Shown here: positions 32,439 through 43,719 of the stretch, piece after piece | Layout: each line of letters begins with the position of its first letter | Position numbering within the stretch: the first letter of the stretch is position 1 | The notes under the pieces: generated by a model | Told to the model about the DNA's origin: nothing | The model's input: only the letters and a program-made list of their open reading frames with translations | Databases searched by the model: none | Origin: Trichinella spiralis | Lineage: Eukaryota | DNA: 55,222 bases | Reading direction: 5' to 3' | Assembly (NCBI RefSeq): GCF_000181795.1 | Contig: NW_003526944.1 | Span: 1,828,585-1,883,806 of the forward strand | Program-made: the position numbers and the translations under genes

Positions 32439-34948
32439 TCAGTTGAATTTTCCTTGACGAATTTTCTCTGCCAGTTTGCGCGACGAATGATATAAGATGG
32501 AATCGATCAAGCTTGCAACGGTGAACACACCGCCCACAATGACGCAGATGTCGGTCAAAAAATGTGTGAATGGTCTGTTGAATGAAAATGGAATCAATTG
32601 CATATTGTAATTCTAATCATATACATCATCTTCATTACTTTTCTTTTTCATTCAATTGCACCATCAACGGTGAAAATTCATACGAAACAAAGAAACCTGG
32701 TAAGCCGTCTGGAGAATTTACGTCGATGTCAAGTTTGCTTTTTGTCACGGAAAACTGATGTGTTAGCAAACGGTTCTGAAATATGAAAAAAAAATAATCT
32801 ATTTTGGAGATGTACAATTTTCACATGGCACAAGCAACATTATTTAGTCGTCGTTCATTGTACAACAACCCGCAGAATGCTAAATGCTTACCTGTTTCAG
32901 ATCAACGTAAACAGTTGGGACGATTTTCACAAAGTAGTGAACCATCACACCTCCTAGAAGAGAGGAAATAGCATAATTTATAAAGTTATATAACTTTCAA
33001 ATTAGAAATTAGAAAAAAAGATATTGCTAGTATCTTCGGCGAAAACAGAATATTTTTTTCAGGAACGAGAAGCGCAGAACAAATTTAGTAATAAGCATTA
33101 TTAATGCCAGGGGTACCGACAGGCTATGGGCCACATGGAGCCAAAGGTCCGAACTGTTTTGATCAGATTAAAGTGGGATTGATTATGGGCGGTGCAGTTG
33201 GAGCGGCGGTCGGCGTGATTTTCGGTGGCGTTTCTGCACTCAGGTATGAAATGTGGAAACTGTCAAAAGTCACTCATTGGTTACTAAAGTTTTGACACTG
33301 CCAACAAGATATGGTCGATTTTAGCACCGCCTGGTGCTTTCGTATTTCAAATGATTGATTCAGTGATCTTTTAGTATGGGACTACGTGGACGAGAGTTAT
33401 TACGCCAACTGGGCAAAGTGATGGTAACCAGTAGTGGCAGTTTTGGTCTTTTCATGGCTGTCGGTTCAGCGTTGAGATGTTGAAAAGCAAAATAATAAAA
33501 TCGGGGAAATAAAATCGTTTAAAGATGTTTAAATTGTTCGCGAATTTGATTTCAAAATTTCAGTTTGCTGAATTTTCAGTCAATTAAACCGTTCGCTCAC
33601 CTTTGTTAGCAATGACCGTTTCACCATCCAGTGGAAATTTCTTGCCCGGAAATGACTCTCCAAATGAGAAATGCTTGATCGTGTGACTGGTGTTGAACTA
33701 GAAAAAAAGCAATTGTAAGACATCAGAATATCACGTTGCAGTGTAGATATATATATATGGATAATAACCGCTGACGGTCCAAGTTGATGCAAATTATGCA
33801 CATGCACATGAACGTCTTTCACGGAACTTCCAGGTGCAATGTGAAAATTGCCTGTCACCTTCGACACCTCCAACCATCCATAAACGCGACATCCTTGGTT
33901 AAGGCTGTGATGCAATTTCTGAACCCATTCTCGATCACGACACTGTTCAACACTGTCCATCGAATTTAATGCCCATCCTTTCCGTTTGTATGCTTTGATC
34001 ACATCGTCACAACTGTTGCAGCATCTGCACAATTAAGGTTTTCTTTATTTGTTATGTAAAACTGTGAAGTAATATTGTTTTTCTGAACTGTATTTCAGAT
34101 GTCTCAGCACCATAACAGCTTCCACAGTTTGTTGCTTTGGATTGTTGTACTGTCGACATTGTGGTGCCAACGTTGTTTTCAGACCAATGTATAGGTTCTT
34201 TCCAAACATTTTCTGTGACATCGTTTTGAAATTGACCAGACGCATCCATAGCATCCACCGAAAGAACTATAAAAAGTAATTATATGTAAATATATTTTTT
34301 AAATATTACTTTCTTTAACAACTGAAATTTACGAACAAATGCAAGCCATCGCCGGAAAGACAATATCGAAATTGATTTTCAGGCGCGCATCACCTACTGT
34401 TGTGTCGACTAACAGTTCTTCGACTATTTCTGTGCTGAGGTATATCATGAGTTCGTTGAAAAATAGAATTCCAATCACTACGCTACTAATCAGAGTCACT
34501 GAAAAGGAAAGTTTTCAAAATTTGAATCTGAACAAATCAAACTTCATTATCATATTTCTACTGTAGAAAATTACACTTTTGCTTCCGAAACATTTTAAAA
34601 AAGTGCACTAACTGTAGTTTATCGCCAATGTTTGCAAGATTAAAGTGCGTCAAGATGAACATCATCCACTCCTACACGTTGACATAAAATGCTGTCTACA
34701 TTTTCCAGGTAAGTTTGCTTGTGTGTTACCTTCATATGTGTGTAAATTATTATTGGGGTATAGTTTAATTAATTAATTTTTATACGTTTATTTTTTTACT
34801 TTCCTACTTTACACGCGAAAAAATTAGTGATCAGAATTTGGCAAATTAATTTACCCGTTCCACCAAAGGCGGTTCTAATTCGAAAATCTTCGATGGGCTT
34901 GCTGTACGCATCAAGGCGACGCATTTGACGTATTACTTGGCTAAGCAT
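32439..34948 (-). CDS. ERGIC3: ER-Golgi intermediate compartment protein 3 (Erv46), multi-exon
   Basis: MRRLDAYSKPIEDFRIRTAFGG, CGSCYGAE, CCNSCDDVIKAYKRKGW, GCRVYGWLEVSKVTGNFHIAPG, GLPGFFVSYEFSPLMV, FTHFLTDICVIVGGVFTVASLID...GKFN*. Confidence 0.96.
33104..33483 (+). CDS. ROMO1: ROMO1/Mgr2 mitochondrial inner-membrane protein (82 aa), exons 33104-33243 and 33375-33483, nested antisense in an ERGIC3 intron
   Basis: MPGVPTGYG...GPNCFDQIKVGLIMGGAVGAAVGVIFGGVSALS|MGLRGRELLRQLGKVMVTSSGSFGLFMAVGSALRC*. Confidence 0.96.
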
Positions 34949-34949
34949 T

Positions 34950-35080
34950 CTGAAATTTATCACTACAGTGTGCAGTATAATGTTAAGAAATGACCGAAAT
35001 AGGCTAAATTAGCTTGATGATTAAACAGCAGAAAACAACAATAACATAATTAAAGCTATTTTGTAATAAAGCGTTTTATT
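34950..35080 (-). promoter_or_regulatory. Operon-like intercistronic region CNPY->ERGIC3 (poly(A) signal, Ur-like element, trans-splice acceptor)
   Basis: AATAAA at 35080-35075, stem-loop GCTA-ATT-TAGC (35013-35003) followed by TATTT, and TTTCAG 1 nt before the ERGIC3 ATG. No convincing splice donor in between. Confidence 0.65.
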
Positions 35081-35110
35081 CAAAGATTTGTAAATGTAAA
35101 ATACAAGTCT

Positions 35111-35701
35111 TCACAAATCAGTGTGCGGTGTCGAATCTGCTTGATTTTCATAGAGACACTCCCGTTCGTCGGAATTTAGTACTCTGTTTTCACAAAGATA
35201 ATGACGAAGCGGTTCTTTCTGTTTTGCATAGTACCAACGTTCTATAGCTTCTTCGTTGTTTTCCAACATTGTTTCACAGTCTTGTTTCATTCGAGTCACT
35301 TCGACACTAGGCGAGTCCCACAGTTCATACGGTAAACCCAATTCGACCTGAACGCCACGATTCACCAGACCGTGCAATGTTTTCATCGTCTCACTCTGAC
35401 CGCGCGCAAATCGTAAGCTGTTTTTGTGCTCTTTATGCAAATTGTAGTCGAGAAGCCGATCGCATAAATTTTCCATCGTTTCGATGAATCTGAGCTCTGA
35501 ATCTCGATATTTTTTCGTTCCACCACGACCATTGAACGTGTTCTCTGGTGACTGGCCAGTTTCTGAAAATCGAGCTTCCAACTCCAACGCTAAGTACTTG
35601 CATGTTTCGCAACGACTTGGCAAACGCACACCGTCTTCATCATGGGTCGATGTTGAACAGTAAATTAACAAACAAAACAACAAGGCGTGAACGAAATGCA
35701 T
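35111..35701 (-). CDS. CNPY3/4: Canopy 3/4-like ER saposin-like co-chaperone (196 aa, intronless)
   Basis: Signal peptide MHFVHALLFCLLIYCSTS, RLPSRCETCKY, YNLHKE...RFARGQSETMKTLHGLVNRGVQVELGLPYELWD, and ER-retrieval-like HTDL* end. Confidence 0.93.
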   Translation of the reverse strand: MHFVHALLFCLLIYCSTSTHDEDGVRLPSRCETCKYLALELEARFSETGQSPENTFNGRGGTKKYRDSELRFIETMENLCDRLLDYNLHKEHKNSLRFARGQSETMKTLHGLVNRGVQVELGLPYELWDSPSVEVTRMKQDCETMLENNEEAIERWYYAKQKEPLRHYLCENRVLNSDERECLYENQADSTPHTDL

Positions 35702-35708
35702 AGTTCCC

Positions 35709-36198
35709 TCAGGCGTCACTGGGAAAGTTACTGTGAGCACGTACACGTTTTCGAATGTAGAATTGCCATTGAAGTAACATTTGATCTTCCAAAAATTTAC
35801 TGTTTGGAACGCGCATCATTGCGGTCCGAAATTCTTCTGTCTGGAGCAATTCCAAAATGTGCAGACATTGTGGGAACCTGAAGTGGGAAATATTTACAAA
35901 TACACTGTGCGTTAATGAAAAAAAAATAATAACACCAAAAAAATGTACTTCAGATATTTAGCATACTCTTGACGTTTCCAGTATAGCAGGTATTTCAAAT
36001 AATTTATAAAAGCAGGATTTTTGAAAAAATCACGCTGAGCTAAATCTATAACAGTTCATTAGTTATAATCATCAGTTTAACGTAGTCTTATAAATCGTTA
36101 CAGTTCAAATAATTTGGATTTGCCAAACACTGTACAAACTCAAGTTCGACTTGAAATCGTATCCGTTGCTCTTCTTCACTCTCAATGTTATTTAGCAT
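35709..36198 (-). CDS. MED31: Mediator subunit 31 (SOH1), 120 aa; exons 36198-36102, 36045-35949, 35877-35709 (not in the supplied ORF track)
   Basis: Hand-spliced: MLNNIESEEEQRIRFQVELEFVQCLANPNYLN|YLAQRDFFKNPAFINYLKYLLYWKRQEYAKYLK|FPQCLHILELLQTEEFRTAMMRVPNSKFLEDQMLLQWQFYIRKR...DA*. Exon lengths 97+97+169=363 nt keep the frame. Confidence 0.97.
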
Positions 36199-38230
36199 GC
36201 GGCACCGAATGGAAAACTATTTCTCTATGCTTGTTCCGTAATAGAGTACAGTAAGAAAGAAAATCAGGTATGTATTAGATTGTGATCTGAAAAATGTAAC
36301 ACAGTCTTGTAGCTCTGCAACTTGAATTCAATGTAAATTTTCATGTCATCTTTATCATGGCGTTCTGTTTAAAAGATTGAGCAAACATGTGTAGCAGTAG
36401 TTGAATAGAATCAGTATTGACTTTGTTTTTTGCGTCAGATTAGTTGACATGTTTGTTTTCCAATTGCAAGCAACTCGAGCATTTTACATTACATTGAAAA
36501 TACTTTGTCGGCAATTAGAAAGATTTGTTATCAGTTGATATTTTATTTGCATGATCAGTTGTCAGAGTGTCAATGATTTTAAATTATATTTTGAACTTGT
36601 TTTTGTTAGTAAATTTTCCTCGTCTACAAGTTGAAATGGCAATTTAAAAGTTATTTGTTGAAATAAGACTAGAAAAATTAAATTTATTCCACAATTTAAA
36701 TTCTGATTGACGTTTGTTTGGCATGTTGCAATTTAGCTAATTTCTTGTCTACCATGATCGTATTGAGTGTTTGTTCTTTTTTTCCACTTTTGCCCCAACT
36801 TAGTATCTCTGCTTTTGTTGAATTGCTTTGTCAATTATTTTCTTTAATAAGAAGCAGCTGAAAGCCACTTTTTAAATAAATTTATTTCCAACTTTAAAAT
36901 AATCCCGTTTTTATATTTTATGCACGGTTCTTCATTTAATTGTAATTCGAAGAATTTCTCCTATCAAACTTGTACTTCAATGCAACAGTTAGTCAAACGG
37001 TTTTGGTAAATCTGGTGAATGTTAATTCAGTCGATTGTTCCAAATTTTGAATTGAATTGTCGATCGTTAAAATCAGCCTTGCTTGCTCTTTTTATTATGC
37101 TTGAATTCAAGTAGATTGAAATCGAAAATTTTTTATAAATGAGTAATCAACTTTCTGCGATGAAATGTTTTCAGCTGTGGTTAATTGATGATAATCTGAG
37201 TGTAAATTATTATTAGTTTGAAATGTATGTTTGCTGTACGCAAATATGGCCAAGAATGAATTTCATACATCCAAACGTAAGTATATTCAATCTGTTCAGC
37301 TGTTTCAATCGATTTTAAAAAAATAGCTTAAATTATGAAAAAATACTTTCATATGCATGATGTTTTTTAAGCATTTAAAAAATGATTTTGAATTTATCAT
37401 CGCCAGCATTCATTCGTTTGATGTGCAATATTGAACGTTCAGTTTCAATCATTCAGTGGTTGATAGAAGTCATCTTAACAGGTATAAGTATCATATAGAG
37501 AAGAAATAATTCAGTGATTAAACTGTTTCATTCTTTATCTAAAAATCAATCTTCATTGAGCTTTGAATAGCATAAAACTTCCTGTCCAATGCAGGCCTTT
37601 TTTTAACAAATAGCTCTGATAGCAGAAATATTTTCATCAGTATTATTACTTCGCTGTAGAATTATAATCAATAAGTTGAATTATTTTCTTGGGAAAAAAG
37701 GGTTCTTATTGCATTTCATTTGAAATAGGATTTAACTAATTAAAACAGTGTTCTTAATGGGCCGCCCGGAAAGATTTAAGGTATTCAATAAAAATTACAC
37801 CTAGTCAACACATTGTGTAATTGATGAAAATGTATTTGAACAATAGTTGTGGAAAGCTGTGCAAAATTTAGATGATAGTTATTTTTCAATTTCAATTTTG
37901 CAAATTTACGATCAAATTAATTAATAATATGCTCTTCAGCTGGATTTAAATTTCTAGCAATGCAATTAGCATTTTAGTAATTTTTTTGATACCTGTCCGT
38001 CCTATGATGTCGACAAATAAATACTTCTTGCTATATTGTGATAGAGCTTAAGATTAAACGTTGTAGAGATGTCGACGACTACTTGGCGTGTCATGTGTTG
38101 ATCTGCTAATCTGTATTGAATGATGATGCTAAACTAATTTCCGAGCTCAGCACAAAGCCATCCTATTGGAGAGGTCGCTGATGTTAACGACAGTTATTTG
38201 CCCGATGACCGGTTATTGGTCAGCAGTACT

Positions 38231-38776
38231 AATGACCGTCAAAGTTGATCATATTTCCACGGTGTTTTTCGTTTTGCTTTCAATTTGGTTCGCTTCACTT
38301 GAAGTGAACACAAAGCGAAAAGCGAAAACGACACCAGCAAAAGCACCCCTGAACGTAGCGGTTGCAATTGGTGTTCCAGAAAGAAGTCGACAGAGGTCGT
38401 TAGTGCAGCTTGTTAGCCGGTCGACAAGTTTTACATCAGAGGGGAGCGATTTGTCGTTGTCATTTGGACGAGAAACCGAGACGAACGATGACCGCCCAAG
38501 TGGACACTCACATCATTCCATTGACCATTGGCAAGCCGATTCATTGGACTTCAGCCTGCAGTACGGAAGTGGTCAACGGATCTGAGGACCAGAACCAGCG
38601 ACGTTGTGAACGAGCTCAGCAAGATTTGGTAAGTCGATTTTTGGCTTGGGTCCGAAATCGGAAATTCCACGTCAGCTTTGGTCCGGCTAAACAAAGACCC
38701 AATATCAGATCTTCCGGCTCTTGGCCGTTTCGTCAGAAGAACATCAACAACAACAACAACAGCTTGCTCAGGAAAG
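38231..38776 (+). other. GC-richer island with two overlapping ORFs ending at a splice donor; possible exon of an unidentified + strand gene
   Basis: Open frames 38166-38585 and 38410-38796 sit in an AT-rich background, with donor AAG|gtaaac at 38776/38777. No family recognised. Confidence 0.3.
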
Positions 38777-41700
38777 GTAAACATGCAAATTTGTAATTTA
38801 TTTATTTATTTATTTATTCAGCTTTTGGGCGGATTTGTATTAGCAAAATTTGTTCGATTTTTTAATTTTCAAATTGATTCTTCATGTACGTGTACAATTT
38901 TTCACCAGCCTTTAATGTATAAATTTCATTGTCGCCCATCCTGCATGTAAGTATTGTTCCTCATTTTCTGGCTCCATGGGAACAGCGCAAAGAAATAATA
39001 CACGGAACGATGCAGTGCTGAACAAAAAGCTTTTTCACTAGTAGAATGAATAATTTAAATTTCACTTCACCACCGACAAACTAATTACTACTTCAACACA
39101 GCGTGAAATTGCCCATCGCTCAAGCGTATTTTTTTTAATCCTCGACGTTGTTGTTCTCACAGTATGATTGGGAATGGAATTTTTGGCTTTTAAATTACCA
39201 ATTTAGTATATGAAATTTTATTATCAGTGAAATTGAACAGTTGAATTTGAAATTGTTCACAAAATTGCAGCAACAGTCGGAACAGAATTTCTAAATTTTC
39301 TGCTTCAATTTCTGACATATTTGTTCAAAATGATGTTTTCCATTCGATTTGAACTTGAATAACCCACGCCCGGGGACAAATAAATGAACGTAACACTTTT
39401 CTTTTCTGCCCACATTCAACTCTACGAGGAAATAATATTGTTTGTGAAATACTTTACTAAGATAAATAAGACTTTCGGTCGGTATTCAGACTTTTCAACG
39501 GCATTCTACTTATTCTTTTTTAATTTTTACATTATCAATTTTTTTTAATTTTAATCATGTTAATTATAATATTATATATATATTTCCTCTGTTATTATGT
39601 ACATGTTTGCACAAAACTGAAATTGAATTATGAATAACAAGGAAATATTTTTCAAAATTTAAACTAAAAATAGAAAAATATTGAAACGTTAAATTGTTTA
39701 CAACAACAACAACTGATGAACAGATAGTATGAAAAAATTAAAAGAAATATATGTATATATTATTATTATTATTATTATAAGTATAAACTAAAAATATAGC
39801 GAATAGCAGCAGATTTTGAAACATTTGTGTTCAAGCAAAGCGGTTTGACGTGCTGCTTGTTGATGATGATGGTGATGATTATCAGTGAATGCATCAAAAA
39901 GTGTTCGAGGTGGAAGTGTTTTTGTGGTTGCGTAAGAAAATAAAAAAAAATCACAAAATAGCCATCACTTTGTTCTGCTTTCAATTAAGCATGAATAAAT
40001 TGACGAAGAATGCAATTGTGTGTGTATTTTTAAACGAATTTCTTGGCAATTTGTATTAGCGTGAAATGGGAGAGAGGGAGAGAGAGAGAGAGGTTTTTCT
40101 TTTCATTTGTTTCTTTCTTTATATATCAATGCTTCAATAGATGTGGTTCATTAATGATTTCATTTCTTGGTGCTGCGGTGATCTTCATTGAATGCCTGTA
40201 TTCTACTGCGTTCACTGATAATCAAATTATATCGAATAATAAGCCGGCTAATCAAGTAGAAATTGTTGTCTCCGTGTGAATTGAACCGAATAAAAAGATG
40301 TTCGCTGGCTAACGCTGCTCAGCTGAAATCTGAAATCCAGAAGTGTAATGGTGTGATGAAGGTGGAAAAAAATAATTTTTTTTTCTTCATCACGCAATCA
40401 AATAAATATTGAAGAATATTTTGGGTCGATTTGAAAAATAGTTTCTCAAATATCTGATAGTGGTTTCCAATTTTTACTTTTTAATACAATCATCAGTCAT
40501 CCGACGATGATCAATTGCATTAATGTTTCAAAAATAGACTGCATTGCGTGTGAAGTTTCCGAAACAAACAGCGTTCAATTTTTGTGTATTAATTTATGAA
40601 AATGATTTGAACTAATTTGAATAGTTTGAATTTTCAAAAATAAATTACTTCTCATCTGTGGGAGGGAAAGTAATTTTTGGAAAATTTATTGAAATAATTT
40701 CATCAATGGAGTGAGTGAATTTGGGAATAGAACAAACAGGCTAAAGAAGAACAGCAGCATTGCGCTCCAGTGTATCCTTGTTAATGCGATTGTGAAGCGA
40801 AAACGAATGATGCCTCCGAGGCGCAAAGAATGCATCGATTGGTTTGTTTCAAAACCGCTGAGGGGCTTTCTACAAGCACAGCATGCCGTGTCATCCGTTT
40901 TTCAATCGAAGCATTCAATCTTTATCGATGACCAATCTGATGGTGAGCAATTTTTTGTTTGATCACTAGTTTCCCTGCTGAATCATCGTCATTATTCATT
41001 GATTTGGTTCCATGAGTCGACAATATTCCATATACGATCTAAAAGTATATCATATCCTCCTCCTCCTTTCTGATGCTGCTGCTCCTCAGAGCTTTGTTAG
41101 CTGTCATGTTTGTTTGTTCAGTAGAAGCAGTATCAGTCTTGGAGCGGTGGTGATAGTGCACCAGTTTGTTATTTGACAGTGAAAGCAAAATTTTCATCAT
41201 CACTAATAGACTTCTGAAATAATTATTAATAACTGAATGCTTTTTATCATCTGTCAATTGACAAACTGTCGTCTTCAGCGCACAGCAGGCGTTCAATTAA
41301 TAATTATTCATTCAAATTTGGCCGAGAAATTGAAAGAAGAATTTTTCAAGAAAAATTCCACTAAAAATTTTAAATTTATTTTTAAATTAGGCGACGCCTT
41401 TTTCTGCAATTTGACCTGAACCTTTGATGCCTTTTTACGCGCCACTCCACTGCTTGAGCTGTATAAATAAATTTCATGTTTCATCGTTTCATCATTTTTT
41501 TTTGCGAAAATGTTTTCAACTTTTGAAAATATTTTTAAAGTATTGTAAAATTTAGAATATTTCAAATACGCTTTCTGTGGTGAAAGAATCTTTGAATAGG
41601 TAATTTAAATTTAAATCAAAAAAAGTATTCATTCTTATAAAATAAATGGAAAAAAAATTTTGCCCATAGCACACGGTTGCCTAATTGAACTTTAACTTAT

Positions 41701-43719
41701 TTATTGCAACACTGAAAAATGTGAAAAATATTCTACCGTCAATGACGATGAGAAATTTTTGTCAACGACGACCATTTATTTCCGTAGTTACTTGTATTGC
41801 ATGCAGAAATATTAAACGCAGCATCGGTTGATTCAGAGCTGTTTCGGAAAAATTTTTTTACGCATACGTAGTGTGTCGTTTAAAAATCTGCGTCATTTTT
41901 CTCCCTTTTCTCGTTAAAATAGTATAATTTTAAAAATTGTTTTCAACAAGCAGCTTTTTTCCAAATATTCAATTGAAAAATGGATTTTTCCCCAAAGCCA
42001 TCGATCCATGACTGTTTGTCTTACATCAGTTATTTATCTATCAATCATTGAGCATTTTTTGTACACTGTTCAAAAAAGTGAATCACGAAATTTTGCTGTT
42101 GAAAATGGCATTGATGACGCCGCTTAGTGATGCACAAATTGAATGCCCTTAAGACAATGAATTTGCATAATTTATATTAGAATAATACTATTCCATGCTA
42201 AAATTGTTTCTCGTATTATTATTATTATTATTACTATGTTTAATATTATTGTTAGATTTAACGCTGTGCAGTGTTCCAGTAGCTCCAGACGAATCGAAAG
42301 ATTGGCCATTTATAGATGAAGATGACTGCGCTTTCAACGCTTGGTAATCGGACTGAAAGGAAAGCAAAGATTTCACTTCGAAACAGCACTGCTTTCTTAT
42401 ACGTCACATTTTTCTAAATTGCTTTTACTGTTTGTCAACGATTGGCGGCAAATTCTGATCTCTGCACAATCGAATTTAATATGATGCAGATGAAATCAGA
42501 TCGCTGAACGTGACAGAAGTAAACGTATTCCATTTTCCGTACTGATTTTGAACAATTTTCATTTATTTGCATTTACAAATTGTACGTATATAAATTTATT
42601 CCAGCATTCTAATGGTTAATAATAGTCAATGGAAAGAAAAGAATTCATTTGAACTGAAACTGATCTTAAACTGTTTTGCAATGCACAAATAACACCGTGA
42701 GTGAAAATGACACGAGAAATTTTGAAATCTTTTTAAAATTATGCATGAAAATTTTATGTTTATGCAAATTAATTTCCCTTTTTGGAGGAACAATGATATT
42801 TTTAAAATGCACCTAGCGTAAACTTGGTCAATTTTGCTTAATTTGCTATTTGGACCTTTTAATCACAAACTATACTGTAATTCATTTATTAAATTTTACG
42901 AATTTCTTGTGGATCCCTCAATTGACAGGTATTTTCAATTGTCTAATTGTGTTTTCTAAGTATTATTGGCATTAAAAAATTTTTATATTATAATTAGTAT
43001 CATTTTTGAAGCTTTAACATCTTGTACCAGAGAGTAATTTACTTCATCATTTTTCTAAATGCAATGTGAAAATCTAGCATTGTTATTTTTTATTTTTCAT
43101 ATTATTGAGATGCGAAGCGGAAATGGTATATTTGTTCGGTGTAATTGTCTCCGCCGCCCTAATTTTGTTTCATATTTTATATGGTGACTTTCTAATAATT
43201 GCACCTGAATCCCATAGCTGCTTTTATTATTATACTGTACTTTGAAGTGTGACTTAATGTTATTTTTTTTATAACACAATCAAATAAATGAAGAAATTTA
43301 ATCTACTAATCATCATATTGGCTGAAAAACTTTAAGATTTATTACTGTATAATTTTATTATCTGTAGTGTTTCTTCTTTTCGAATGTTTTGAATTTCCTT
43401 CAGGAAATATTTAAATTTTCATTTAACAGTATGTCGTGTTATGTATAATTTCAATTATCAAACACTTGTTGATATTGAGTTTATTAGTCTACAGGAGAAG
43501 TGATGAATGGTTGGTTACATTTTGAGAACAATCTATTGTTTGATTATTATTCATTTGAATTCTACTTTTACTGGTAGAAATGTTCTTTCTCTTTGCATCA
43601 GCATCTGAGCTGTAGTGCGTGGCACTTTGATGATTTTGTTGTTAGTTCGTTGGTTTGTTTCTTTTCAGTAATTATTTATTATAACTTTTCACTGTTGACT
43701 ATTACCTACAGTAAAGCTA

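Noticed and set aside
35702..35746. N-terminal extension of CNPY from the GTG used in the ORF track
   Set aside because: These bases are MED31's last codons plus the spacer. The ATG at 35701 directly starts a signal peptide.
39000..43600. Scattered 60-85 aa ORFs
   Set aside because: Low-complexity AT-rich frames with no motifs or consistent splice sites.
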